This document shows positions 18,950-28,651 of a stretch of DNA of 64,000 bases, piece by piece. The position numbers and the translations under genes were made by a program. Source of the DNA: Nitrospinales bacterium (lineage in GTDB: Bacteria > Nitrospinota > Nitrospinia > Nitrospinales > VA-1); NCBI GenBank assembly GCA_965223795.1, contig CBDCXL010000002.1, forward strand, positions 1,120,001-1,184,000. Reading direction: 5' to 3'. Numbering within the stretch: the stretch's first letter is position 1; each line of letters starts with the position of its first letter. The notes under the pieces were generated by a model that saw nothing but the letters and a program-made list of their open reading frames with translations, did no database searches and was not told where the DNA came from.

Positions 18950-19242
18950 CCGGAAGCCACCGCCCTTTCCAAGGACTCGCTATGTTTAAAATCTGTATTT
19001 TCACATCGGCCGTCGAGAGGCGGGTGTCGCGCAGGACTCCCGTTCCGGCAACGAGGTTCCGCCATGTTTAAAGTCTGTCTATTCACATCGGCTGTCGGGG
19101 GCCGGGCCACATGCCACAATCCCCAGCCCATTCCAGGGTCCCGCCATGTTTAAAATCTGTATTTTCACAGCGGCTGTCGAGAGGCGGGAGTCGCGCAGGA
19201 CTTCCGTTCCGGCAATGAGGTCTCGTTATGTTTAAAGTCTGT
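18950..19242 (+). repeat. 82-bp-period tandem array whose last unit is the start of the LMW-PTP gene
   Basis: ATGTTTAAARTCTGT occurs at 18982, 19064, 19146 and 19228. Hand-counted gap-free identity: units 1 and 3, 73/82; units 1 and 2, 55/82. Confidence 0.92.
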
Positions 19243-19713
19243 TTTGTCTGCCTGGGGAACATCTGCCGCTCACCCATGGCGCAGGGGGTGTTCGAGAAAC
19301 TGGTGGCCGACAGCGGGCTGGCCGATAAGATCCAGATCAGCTCGGCGGGCACCGGCGACTGGCACGTGGGCTCGCCGCCGGATTCGAGGGCGCAGAGCAA
19401 GGCGCGCCAACACGGCATCGCGCTGACCTCGCGGGCGCAACAGTTCCGCGCCGGGGATTTTTCCAGTCAGGACCTGATCCTGGCGATGGACCAGAGCAAC
19501 CTGGATTCGTTGTTCCGCATCTGCCCCGACCCGCGGCTGGCCGAAAGGATGATGCTGTTCCGCTCGTTCGACCCGGACAGCAACGGCGATCTGGACGTGC
19601 CGGACCCCTACTACGGCGGCGCCAAGGGATTCGACACGGTGTTCCAGATCATCGAGCGCACCTGCCCGAAAATCCTCGAATACATCCAGGATCGCGCCGG
19701 GATCGCACCGTGA
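19228..19713 (+). CDS. Low-molecular-weight protein-tyrosine phosphatase (probable ribulosamine-5-phosphatase)
   Basis: VCLGNICRSP P-loop, SAGT, AMD, VPDPYYG. Confidence 0.95.
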   Translation: MFKVCFVCLGNICRSPMAQGVFEKLVADSGLADKIQISSAGTGDWHVGSPPDSRAQSKARQHGIALTSRAQQFRAGDFSSQDLILAMDQSNLDSLFRICPDPRLAERMMLFRSFDPDSNGDLDVPDPYYGGAKGFDTVFQIIERTCPKILEYIQDRAGIAP

Positions 19714-20588
19714 ACGAGGTGATCCGTGAACTGCTCGAGTCGGTTTACGGCGAACCGGTGGCAATCCGCTCCTCGCGCGCGGTGGGCGGCGGTTCCATCA
19801 ACCAGACGCAGATCCTCTCCCTCGCCAACGGCGAGCGGGTGTTTCTGAAATACAATTCCCACCCTCCCGAAAACATGTTCCCCGCCGAAATGCGCGGGCT
19901 GAACCTGCTGCGCAGCGCCGCTGATGGACCGCGCGTGCCCAGGCCGCTGGGGATGGAACCGGGTTCCCGCCCGCGCTATTTCCTGCTGGAATACGTCGAG
20001 GAAAGCAGCCCGGCGGACGGGTTCTACCCGCGGTTCGCCGAAGCGCTGGCCAACCTGCACCGCACGCACTGGGACCGGCACGGTCTCGACCACGACAACT
20101 TCATCGGCTCGACGGTGCAGGACAACACGCCGGAAGCGGACGCGATCGTGTTTTTCCGCGAGCGGCGGCTTGGCTTCCAGCAGGCGCTGGCGCGCAAATC
20201 CGGCCTGCTGCCCGCGGCGCTCGACAAGAACATCGACCGGCTGTGCGAGCGGCTGGCGGACTTTCTCGACGTGACGGACGAGAAGCCGTCGCTGTTGCAC
20301 GGCGATCTGTGGTCGGGCAATTATTTCGCCGCCGAGGGACAGACGCCCTGCCTGTTCGACCCGGCGGCACACTACGGCCTGCGCGAGGCGGACCTGGCGA
20401 TGACGGAGCTGTTCGGCAGCTTGCCAGAGGCCTTCTACAAGGCTTATGATGAGGTGTACCCGCTGAATCCCGGCTACCGGGAAAGGAAGGACCTGTACAA
20501 CCTGTACCACCTTCTCAATCATCTGAATCTTTTTGGAAACGCCTACCTCGGTTCGGTCGAGTCCGCCGTCCACCGTTACATCCGCTGA
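19710..20588 (+). CDS. Fructosamine/ketosamine-3-kinase family protein
   Basis: GGGSIN, FLK, DNFIG, PSLLHGDLWSGN, FDPA.YG.READLAM, LNHLNLFG; GTGA overlap with the upstream gene. Confidence 0.93.
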   Translation: MNEVIRELLESVYGEPVAIRSSRAVGGGSINQTQILSLANGERVFLKYNSHPPENMFPAEMRGLNLLRSAADGPRVPRPLGMEPGSRPRYFLLEYVEESSPADGFYPRFAEALANLHRTHWDRHGLDHDNFIGSTVQDNTPEADAIVFFRERRLGFQQALARKSGLLPAALDKNIDRLCERLADFLDVTDEKPSLLHGDLWSGNYFAAEGQTPCLFDPAAHYGLREADLAMTELFGSLPEAFYKAYDEVYPLNPGYRERKDLYNLYHLLNHLNLFGNAYLGSVESAVHRYIR

Positions 20589-20616
20589 GCGTTTCCATGC
20601 CAGTGGAGGTATGACC

Positions 20617-23600
20617 ATGCGCTCTCTGTCCTTCGCCACGCGGCGTCGTTTTAACTCCTGCAAAATCCCGATCCTGTTTTTCACGCTCCTGATGCTTTTG
20701 CACGCGCCCGTACTGGACGCGGCCCCCGCCGAGTACGAAAAGATCAAGACCGAGGCGGAGAAACTCTACGCACAGGGTTCGTACTCGAAAGCGCACACGC
20801 TGTACGCACAGACCAACGCGCTCAAGCTCGATCTTGCCGAACGGCGCTGGGTGGATTTCAGAATCGCCGACACGCTGTGGCGCGGGCAGGCGGCGACGGA
20901 GACGGCGGACAGCTCGGCGTTCGACCGGGCGCGGCGGCAGCTCGATTTTCTCATCCGCGACATCCAGCGTGAAGAAGACAGGGACCGCGTGTGGGCGGAG
21001 GTGCAGGAGTCGCTGGGCGATTTCTGGTGGCTGCGCGCGGGCTCGAAAAACTGGGGCTCGGCCTGGCCGCATTACCAGAAGGCGCTCGACTGGTGGGCGG
21101 GGGCGAAGGACATCGAGCTTGCGCGCACGCGCTATCTCAATACGGTCTGGAACATCGCCAGCCCGCACTGGCGGGGATCGCGTTACCACTATGGCTATCT
21201 CCCTATAGCCATCGTTGAAAACGCACTGAAAATTTCGCGCTCCGATAAAGACCGTGTGCGGGCGCAGTATCTCCTTGCCCTGGCCCTGTGGCGAAGCGGT
21301 AAGATAAAAGACCGGAAGCGCATTTCAGAGGCGTTCGAGGCGGCGATCGCGGCGGGCAGGGCCTTCGAATGGTACGACGACGCGCTGTTTCAATACGCGG
21401 AGTGGCTTTCAAACCACGGCGAAATCGTCGTCATGAAAAACGGCCGGAAGCGGCAGGACGGAGACTTTGTGAAAGCGCTCGCAATGTACCGGCGCCTGAT
21501 CAAGGAATTTCAAAAGGGGGAAACGCGGCACTTCGACACGGCGCAGCGCAAGATCGAAAACATAACCAAGCCGGTTTTAAACTTTTATGTCCCCCATGTC
21601 TTCGTTCCCGGTTCTGAAGTCCAATTGAAACTTAACTGGCGCAATATCGCAGATGTGGGGTTCTCTCTCTATCCTGTGGACTTCACGCACGATGTGAGTT
21701 TCCAGAAAGATTCAAGCGCTTACAACTGGATTCACCAGATCAACCTGCGGCTCAAAAAAAAATATACCTCCTGGAGCGTGGACACGGAAGATAACGGTAA
21801 ACACAAGCCGGGAAGGAAGACCGTCGATTTCAAAAAGAAACTGCCGCCGGGCGCGTACATCCTGGAAGCGACGGGCGGCGGCGAGCGCGCACGGGATCTG
21901 ATTCTGATCACGGAAGCGGCGCTGGTGCTCAAAACCTCGAGCAGTCAGGCGCTGGTGTATTTCTGCGATGCGTTGAGCGGAGAGCCGATCGAAGACGCGC
22001 GCGTCGTGCTGTGGAAGCGCCATTACGAGGGCGGGAAATGGGTGTGGACCGATCACGCTGCCCAGACCGGAAAAGAAGGGCTCGCGCGTTTCGACCTGAA
22101 GGAAGCGCACGGAAAACAGACACACTATCAAGAAGAACTGTTCGCCGCCGCCCGCAACGGAAAACGGCAGGCGATGTCTCTTTCCAGCAACTTCTGGTTG
22201 CATCAGGAGCAGGCGGAATGGAAACTCTACGCCTTCACCGACCGCCCCGCCTACCGTCCGGGGGAGAAGGCTCAGTGGAAGCTGACCGCGCGCACCTATG
22301 ACGGCTCGGTGTACGCGACGCCCTCGGACGCCGAACTGGAGTACCGGATCACCGACCCAAAGGGCGCGAAGGTGGCGGAGGGCACGATCAAGCTCAACGC
22401 GTTCGGCAGCGCCTGGGACGAGCTGGCGCTCACCGAGTCGATGCCGCTGGGAACCTACCGCGTCACGTTCTGGACAGCAGGAAAGAAAAAGCACATCGGC
22501 GACGCTTCGCTGTTCGCGCTGGAGGAATACAAGCTGCCGGAATTTTCGGTGCGCGTGCAAACGCCTGAGGACGACGGCAAAAAGAAAGCGTTCCAGCTCG
22601 GCGATCGCATCGAGATCGACATTCATGCGGAATACTTTTTCGGCGGTCCGGTGGCCAACGCCAATGTGGAGGTGTTTTTATACCAGCGCCCGTTTTATCC
22701 CGTGTGGCGGCCCAAAAAGGAATATCCCTGGTTTTACGATGACCGCACGCCGCGCTATTGGGGCGGCAAGGGGCAGCAGATGCAGCGGCAGGTCCTCAAA
22801 ACCGGTCCGCAGGGCAAGGCTCGCTTCATGTTCGACACCCGGCATGGCGGCCAGGACCTGGAATACACCATCGAGGCCCGCGTGACCGACGCGTCGCGCC
22901 GGGAGATCACCGGCAGCGGCACGGTGCGCGTGACGAAGCAGAAGTACTACGTGTACCTCAATCCAAAGCACAGGATCTACCGGCCGCAGGACAAGCTGGA
23001 AACGGACATCAAGTCGCTGGACGCGAACGATCAGCCGGTTTCCGCGGCGGGTGAAATCCGCGTGACGCGGGATTTCTGGTTCGAAATCTGGATCGATCCG
23101 GAAGGGCGTGAAGTGCAGGGCGAGCAGCTCAAGGCGGCGCGCAAAGCGAATACCGTGTTTCCGCCGCCGCCTCCGGTGCCGGGCGGCCCCGGCTGGCGGC
23201 TGAAGTTCCGCGGCTACCAGCACGATGAAATCCTCAAGCAACGGATCGAAACGAACGCGGAAGGAGAGGCGCGATTCACCTTCACGCCCGAGCGGGAGGG
23301 CTATTACCGCATCGCGTTTCAGAACATAGAGGAAACCGGTGTTCCCATAAAAGCGGAAACCACGGTGTGGGTCGCCACCGGCAACACGGCGCATCTGGGC
23401 ATGCGGCCGGGCGGGCTTGAGATCATCGTCGACAAGGACACGTTCAACGCCGGGCAGAAAGCCCCGGTCATGCTGGTGGCGCCGGCGAGCGGACGCCACG
23501 TTCTGTTCAGCGTCGAAGGCGACGACCTGTACAATTATCAACTGGTTCATTTGACCGGAACGGCAAAACTCATCGAACTGGACATCGAGGAAAAACACGT

Positions 23601-26562
23601 TCCCAATATTTTTCTGAGCGCCGTCATGGTGAGCGACCGGCAGATCTTCCGGGACACGGAACAGGTGGTGGTGCCGCCGGTGCAAAATTTTCTCAACGTC
23701 GCGGTGAGCGCGGACCGGGATCACTACCAGCCGCGCGAGGAAGGCACGTTCACAATCACGACCACCGATCACCGGGGAAAACCGGTGCCGGCGGAAGTGG
23801 CGCTGGGTGTGGTGGACGCTTCGGTGTATTCCATTCAAAAGGACTTCGCCGCCGACCCGCGGCAGTTCTTTTTCGGGAAAAAACGCATTCAGCGCCCGCA
23901 GACGGGGAGCACTTTCAATTTTAAATCCTACATCCAACTCGTGCAGGACAGTGAAGGGCGGTTGATCGACACCAAGCGAGCGGAAAGCAAGGAAAGAAAC
24001 GATGCCTATGGTCAGAAACGGGCCCAGGCTGGGGGCGGCTTTCGCCAGGAAGGGAATGTGGCCGCAGCGCCGAAATCAAGCCAATCCTTTGCGTTCGAGG
24101 AACAAAGGATGTCGCCGCCGCCTCCTGCGAAGTCGGCTGAATTTGCCGATGACGCGTTCCTGGAGGAGGAAGCCGCCGTGCAGGTGCGCTCGGATTTCCG
24201 CTCGACCGCGTTCTGGCGGCCCGATCTGGTGACCGACACCAACGGCAGGGGCAAGGTCACAGTGAAATTCCCCGACTCGCTCACGCAGTGGAAGGCCACG
24301 GCGCGGGCGGCTTCGCGCGGCAGCCGGTTCGGCATCGGCTTAAACGATACGCGCACGCGCAAGCCTTTGACCGTGCGCCTGCAGGCGCCGCGGTTTTTCG
24401 TCGCCGGCGACAGCCTGACGCTGTCGGCGCTGATCAACAACAACACGGAAACACCGATGACCGTGCGCCCGGAGCTGAACGCCGAGGGGATCAGCGTGTC
24501 GGCGCGCTTGCAGGACGGCCGCAAGGTGAGCAAAAACGCCGCGGTTGAAATCGCCGCGAAGGGGGAGCAGCGGGTGGACTGGTACGTGTCAGCGCAACGG
24601 CCGGGCGAGGCGCGCATCCGCGTCACCGCCGCCGGGAAAACGCATGCGGACGCGATGGAGAAAACTTATCGAGTGCACGAACACGGCGTGGAAAAGCTGA
24701 TCGCCAAATCGGGCAAGATGACAGGCAGCGATCTCACGGTGGCGCTGGACATCCCCAGGGAGCGCAAGGTCAAATCCACCGAGTTCACGATTCAGGCGGC
24801 GCCCAGCATCGCGGTGACCCTGCTGGACGCGCTGCCCTACCTGATCGATTTTCCCTACGGCTGCACGGAGCAGACGATGAGCCGCTTTCTGCCGGCGGTG
24901 ATCACGGCGAAGACGCTGACGGACCTGGGCCTGCGGCGCGAGGCGATCGGCGCGCGGATCTTCCGCGGCGGCATCAATCCGGAAACCGCGAAGAAAACCC
25001 ACACCAAGGGCAGGAAGGATCTGAAAGACCTCGACGCCATGATCGGGAAGGGGCTGGACCGGTTGTACGATTTCCAGCACGCGGACGGCGGCTGGGGCTG
25101 GTGGAAGAAGGGCGACAGCGATGCGTTCATGACCGCCTACGTTCTGTGGGGGCTCACGCTGGCGCAGGGCGCGGAGGTGAAGGTGGATGCGGGCGTGTTG
25201 TCGCGGGCGGCGCGTTTTCTCGACAAGCAACTGGTCGAAGCGGAAACCCGGCTCGATCTGCAGGCCTTTCTGCTGCACGCGCTGTCGGCGCGGCACGCAG
25301 CGGTGAAAACGCAGCGCATCGGCAAGTTTCAGGCGAAAGCGCTTGAAAACCTGTGGTCGAAACGCACGCGGCTCAACGCCTATGCGCGCGCGCTGCTGGC
25401 GCTCAGCGCCCACCACTACGGCGACAACAAAAAGGCGCGCGTCCTGATCGAGAACCTGGAAAACGGTGTGGTGCTCGACCAGACGCCGGATCGCTCGGCG
25501 ATCCAGCGGGGCAAAAAGAAAGTGCAGCCGTGGATCCTGAAAACCGCCCATTGGGGCGAGGACGGAATTTTCCGGCGCTGGTCCGAGGGCGGCGTGGAAG
25601 CGACGGCATTCGCCCTGTCGGCGCTGGTCACGATCGACCCGAAGCATCCGCTGGTGGAACCGGCGATGAACTGGCTGGTAAAAAACCGCAGGGGCGCGCA
25701 CTGGAGCAACACGCGCGACACGGCGATCGTGGTGCTCGCACTCAACGGCTACCTGCGCGCCACGGGGGAGCTGAGCCAGAAGATGGTGTACGAGCTGTTC
25801 GTGAACGGGACGTCGCTGGGCAAGACGCGCATCGACGATGTGCTTGCGGCGCCGACACAGTACCGCATCGACCGCAAGCTGGTTGAGGACGGCACGAACC
25901 AGATCCGCATCCTGCGGCACGAAGGGGACGGCCCGATCTATTTTTCCATGCAGGCCCGGTTTTTCAGTCTGGAGGAGCCGGTGCTCGCCGCGGGAAACGA
26001 GATTTTCGTGCAACGCCGCTACTACCAGCTTGCGGGCAGGCCGACGCTGCTCAAAGGCTATGTGTTTGAAAAAATCCTGCTCAAGGAAGGGGATCGAGTC
26101 GAAAGCGGCACCCGCATCGAAACGGTGGTGACGATCGAGACGAAGAACAATCACGAATACCTCATCGTCGAGGATCTCAAACCGGCGGGCTTCGAGGCGG
26201 TTCAGGTGCGCAGCGGCGAAGCGCTGTACGCGCGCGAGCTGAAATCCTCGGCGGTGGAGCGGAAGTTCAAGGCGTCTCCGGCTTCGTTCCCGGGAGCGGT
26301 CACCGTGCCGGTGCCGGGAGGCGGCGAGGACCACACCGGGCGAACGCGCTGGGTGCACCAGGAACTGCGCGACCGCAAGACGGCGCTGTTCATCGACAAG
26401 CTGCCGCAGGGGGTGTGGGAGGTCCGCTACGAGCTGCGGGCGGAGGTGCCGGGCGATTTTCACGCGCTGCCCGTTCTCGGACACGCGATGTACATTCCCG
26501 AGATCCGTGCCAACGGGAAGGAAATCCGCATTTCCGTTGTGGAGCGCGGAGAAGACGGGTAA
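20617..26562 (+). CDS. Bacterial alpha-2-macroglobulin (MG2-domain protein)
   Basis: FTDRPAYRPGE, EEYKLPEF, VRSDF..TAFW, PDSLTQW, thioester PYGCTEQ, QHADGGWGWW, WSNTRDT. GGAGG RBS precedes ATG 20617. Confidence 0.92.
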   Translation: MRSLSFATRRRFNSCKIPILFFTLLMLLHAPVLDAAPAEYEKIKTEAEKLYAQGSYSKAHTLYAQTNALKLDLAERRWVDFRIADTLWRGQAATETADSSAFDRARRQLDFLIRDIQREEDRDRVWAEVQESLGDFWWLRAGSKNWGSAWPHYQKALDWWAGAKDIELARTRYLNTVWNIASPHWRGSRYHYGYLPIAIVENALKISRSDKDRVRAQYLLALALWRSGKIKDRKRISEAFEAAIAAGRAFEWYDDALFQYAEWLSNHGEIVVMKNGRKRQDGDFVKALAMYRRLIKEFQKGETRHFDTAQRKIENITKPVLNFYVPHVFVPGSEVQLKLNWRNIADVGFSLYPVDFTHDVSFQKDSSAYNWIHQINLRLKKKYTSWSVDTEDNGKHKPGRKTVDFKKKLPPGAYILEATGGGERARDLILITEAALVLKTSSSQALVYFCDALSGEPIEDARVVLWKRHYEGGKWVWTDHAAQTGKEGLARFDLKEAHGKQTHYQEELFAAARNGKRQAMSLSSNFWLHQEQAEWKLYAFTDRPAYRPGEKAQWKLTARTYDGSVYATPSDAELEYRITDPKGAKVAEGTIKLNAFGSAWDELALTESMPLGTYRVTFWTAGKKKHIGDASLFALEEYKLPEFSVRVQTPEDDGKKKAFQLGDRIEIDIHAEYFFGGPVANANVEVFLYQRPFYPVWRPKKEYPWFYDDRTPRYWGGKGQQMQRQVLKTGPQGKARFMFDTRHGGQDLEYTIEARVTDASRREITGSGTVRVTKQKYYVYLNPKHRIYRPQDKLETDIKSLDANDQPVSAAGEIRVTRDFWFEIWIDPEGREVQGEQLKAARKANTVFPPPPPVPGGPGWRLKFRGYQHDEILKQRIETNAEGEARFTFTPEREGYYRIAFQNIEETGVPIKAETTVWVATGNTAHLGMRPGGLEIIVDKDTFNAGQKAPVMLVAPASGRHVLFSVEGDDLYNYQLVHLTGTAKLIELDIEEKHVPNIFLSAVMVSDRQIFRDTEQVVVPPVQNFLNVAVSADRDHYQPREEGTFTITTTDHRGKPVPAEVALGVVDASVYSIQKDFAADPRQFFFGKKRIQRPQTGSTFNFKSYIQLVQDSEGRLIDTKRAESKERNDAYGQKRAQAGGGFRQEGNVAAAPKSSQSFAFEEQRMSPPPPAKSAEFADDAFLEEEAAVQVRSDFRSTAFWRPDLVTDTNGRGKVTVKFPDSLTQWKATARAASRGSRFGIGLNDTRTRKPLTVRLQAPRFFVAGDSLTLSALINNNTETPMTVRPELNAEGISVSARLQDGRKVSKNAAVEIAAKGEQRVDWYVSAQRPGEARIRVTAAGKTHADAMEKTYRVHEHGVEKLIAKSGKMTGSDLTVALDIPRERKVKSTEFTIQAAPSIAVTLLDALPYLIDFPYGCTEQTMSRFLPAVITAKTLTDLGLRREAIGARIFRGGINPETAKKTHTKGRKDLKDLDAMIGKGLDRLYDFQHADGGWGWWKKGDSDAFMTAYVLWGLTLAQGAEVKVDAGVLSRAARFLDKQLVEAETRLDLQAFLLHALSARHAAVKTQRIGKFQAKALENLWSKRTRLNAYARALLALSAHHYGDNKKARVLIENLENGVVLDQTPDRSAIQRGKKKVQPWILKTAHWGEDGIFRRWSEGGVEATAFALSALVTIDPKHPLVEPAMNWLVKNRRGAHWSNTRDTAIVVLALNGYLRATGELSQKMVYELFVNGTSLGKTRIDDVLAAPTQYRIDRKLVEDGTNQIRILRHEGDGPIYFSMQARFFSLEEPVLAAGNEIFVQRRYYQLAGRPTLLKGYVFEKILLKEGDRVESGTRIETVVTIETKNNHEYLIVEDLKPAGFEAVQVRSGEALYARELKSSAVERKFKASPASFPGAVTVPVPGGGEDHTGRTRWVHQELRDRKTALFIDKLPQGVWEVRYELRAEVPGDFHALPVLGHAMYIPEIRANGKEIRISVVERGEDG

Positions 26563-26589
26563 AAAAAAACGCCCCCTTGCGGGGGCGTT
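26561..26589 (-). terminator. Intrinsic terminator between convergent genes
   Basis: AACGCCCCC-ttgc-GGGGGCGTT hairpin with an A9 tract on the left (U-tract on the minus strand). Confidence 0.75.
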
Positions 26590-26677
26590 CGCTAACGAGA
26601 AGGATTACGGCTTTATGGATTTAAGATGTCCCTGAAGCCGCGAAGGATTCATTTTTTTGCACGGCCGGGCCGGTTTT

Positions 26678-27439
26678 CTAGAAGCCGCCGCCGATCTTTT
26701 TGATGAAGGTCGCCAGTTCCTTGTGCACCGGCCCGTCCCAGTTGTTCTTCTCCCGCGACAGGGTCGCCAGAACGGATCGCCCGGTGCTCATTTCCAGCCC
26801 GTCGGCGATGCTCACCAGGATGCGGGTGCCGTAGCGCTCCACCAGGCCGTGTTCCTCGGCGGCGCGGAATACCAGATCCGGCCCGACGATCATGGACCAG
26901 GTCTGGATGGCGGCCACCTGTTTGGCTTCGCGGAACGGCAAGGATTCCACCGCTTCCATGTAGGTTTCCGCGTCGATCTGGCCGGATTCGTATTTTTCTA
27001 TCAGGGTGGTGAGGTTTTCTTCTTTGGACTGGATGTTCTGGTAAATGTAGTCGAATATTTTCCCCTCGAATTTTTTCAACGCTTCCAGATTCCAGGGACA
27101 GATGAAATTTTCGCTCCCGGTCCGCCCCGCCTTGACGTTTTCCACCTGAATCTTGCCGATGCATTCGAGGCAGCGCTCCCCCGCATCATGGGTGAAATTG
27201 CCGCCGCAGGTGCAGTCGGACACCACGCTTTGCAGGGCCAGGGCCAGGGCTTCGCCCTTGATGTTGAGCACCTGGCGCAGGGTCGCCCGCACCGGGTCCC
27301 TGCGGGAAATCGGGCGCCACTGGGTGCAGGAGTTGCAATACAGTTTGTATGCGGACTGACCTTCTTCCGGCTCGATCACCGGGGAGTAGGTCTCGTTGCA
27401 AAGAACACAAACGATCTCTTTGGAAAATGTGTCTGCCAT
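26678..27439 (-). CDS. Hypothetical protein with N-terminal Cys pairs (putative Zn ribbons)
   Basis: CVLC, CNSC, CTC, CLEC. Start placed at ATG 27439, downstream of the terminator at 27511-27545. Confidence 0.7.
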   Translation of the reverse strand: MADTFSKEIVCVLCNETYSPVIEPEEGQSAYKLYCNSCTQWRPISRRDPVRATLRQVLNIKGEALALALQSVVSDCTCGGNFTHDAGERCLECIGKIQVENVKAGRTGSENFICPWNLEALKKFEGKIFDYIYQNIQSKEENLTTLIEKYESGQIDAETYMEAVESLPFREAKQVAAIQTWSMIVGPDLVFRAAEEHGLVERYGTRILVSIADGLEMSTGRSVLATLSREKNNWDGPVHKELATFIKKIGGGF

Positions 27440-27510
27440 GTTCGGCTCCAATCTAGCTTGCTGTGCATCCGCCCGCAACGTACCTGGTGACCGGGACGGA
27501 AAGGTTCTCC

Positions 27511-27545
27511 AAAAAAAATAACCCATGGCCGAAACCATGGGTTAT
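27511..27545 (-). terminator. Intrinsic terminator of the for operon
   Basis: ATAACCCATGG-ccgaaa-CCATGGGTTAT hairpin with an A8 tract (U-tract on the minus strand). Confidence 0.85.
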
Positions 27546-27574
27546 CTGTTTGATTCGAAGATAAGTCTTGGAAT

Positions 27575-27856
27575 CTAGCCTGCGTATGCCTGGCCGAGAC
27601 CGGCGGCTTCTTTTTCCTTTTCGCCAAGCTGAATCTTACCGGTCGTCGGGTCCACCGGGTGCATGGAGATGGCATTGTGGGTGCTGCAGACCACTTTGCA
27701 CAAATCGCAACCCTTACATCGATGTGTCACGACTTCGGCTTTCATTTTTTGCTCGTTCAACATGATCGTGTCCGCTTCCGGGCAGTACATGATGCAAAGT
27801 CGGCAGCCTTTCTCGGCGATACATTTGTCGTCATCCACAAACGCTACGTTATACAC
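27575..27856 (-). CDS. forE: 2-oxoacid:ferredoxin oxidoreductase ferredoxin-like small subunit (epsilon)
   Basis: CIAEKGCRLCIMYCP and CKGCDLCKVVC Fe-S motifs; last gene of the operon. Confidence 0.8.
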   Translation of the reverse strand: MYNVAFVDDDKCIAEKGCRLCIMYCPEADTIMLNEQKMKAEVVTHRCKGCDLCKVVCSTHNAISMHPVDPTTGKIQLGEKEKEAAGLGQAYAG

Positions 27857-27934
27857 TTAAGCTCTCCTTGGGTTGAGAATTTTTAGAGACTGCCGAACCG
27901 GACCACAGGCCAGAATGCCATCTGGCAAACGGTG

Positions 27935-28633
27935 TCAAACTGTGGCACCAATGCCAGCCAGAGCCGGCTGGGCTTTTTCCGCCCAGGCCGCGGCCAATTC
28001 GTAAGACTTCTCGATCGTCTGCATGTTCTTTTTGAGCAGCATCTCTTTCTTGGCGTATTTCTTTTTGATCGCCTCGTCCAAAGATGCGGTTCCGCCGGAA
28101 GCGACGTATCTCTTTCCGAAGCGGTCCTGCAGCGCGCCGTCCAGCGCCTTCAGGGAAACGATCTCGGTCACGCCCGCGCAGGCCCCGATCATCGCCATGT
28201 TCGTGGAAAGCTCGGTGCCGCCGATCTCAAGCGCCTGCTTGGTGGCGTCGTGGTTGAACACCGCGACGTTGAGATCCGCCAGACGCTTGTGATCCTCTTC
28301 GGTGAGAAGATCGCCGCTGGTGTTGATGATAACGAGCCCGTTTTCCTTGATGCCGGAATAGAACGGAGCGGTGTAGCTTTTCTGCATGGTGATGACCTGA
28401 GGATGAAACACCATGATCACATCCGGGTACACCAGTTCCCCTCGGTCGTAAATCTTTTCGACACCAATGCGGGCGTAGCTTTCAGCAGGCGCCATGCGTT
28501 TCTCGGCGCCAAAGAACGGGTTGGAAATGGAATACTTTCCATCCTTGTTTGCCGCCATGGCAAGAATATGAGCCGCGGTGACGGCTCCCTGGCCACCGAG
28601 GCCCGAAATACGGATATTCATCCTCTTAAACAT
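27935..28633 (-). CDS. forG: 2-oxoacid:ferredoxin oxidoreductase gamma subunit
   Basis: IRISGLGGQGAVTAA, PFFGAEKRMAP, NMAMIGA. Confidence 0.88.
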   Translation of the reverse strand: MFKRMNIRISGLGGQGAVTAAHILAMAANKDGKYSISNPFFGAEKRMAPAESYARIGVEKIYDRGELVYPDVIMVFHPQVITMQKSYTAPFYSGIKENGLVIINTSGDLLTEEDHKRLADLNVAVFNHDATKQALEIGGTELSTNMAMIGACAGVTEIVSLKALDGALQDRFGKRYVASGGTASLDEAIKKKYAKKEMLLKKNMQTIEKSYELAAAWAEKAQPALAGIGATV

Positions 28634-28651
28634 ATCGTGTGTTCTCCTCGA

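Noticed and set aside
18950..19242. The 82-bp array as a CRISPR array
   Set aside because: The putative spacers are homologous to each other (units 1 and 3 nearly identical), the repeats are degenerate, the last repeat is a gene start, and no cas genes are in the window.
20533..20616. N-terminal extension of the macroglobulin ORF overlapping the kinase gene
   Set aside because: The TTG start lies inside the upstream gene; the GGAGG RBS and signal peptide support ATG 20617.
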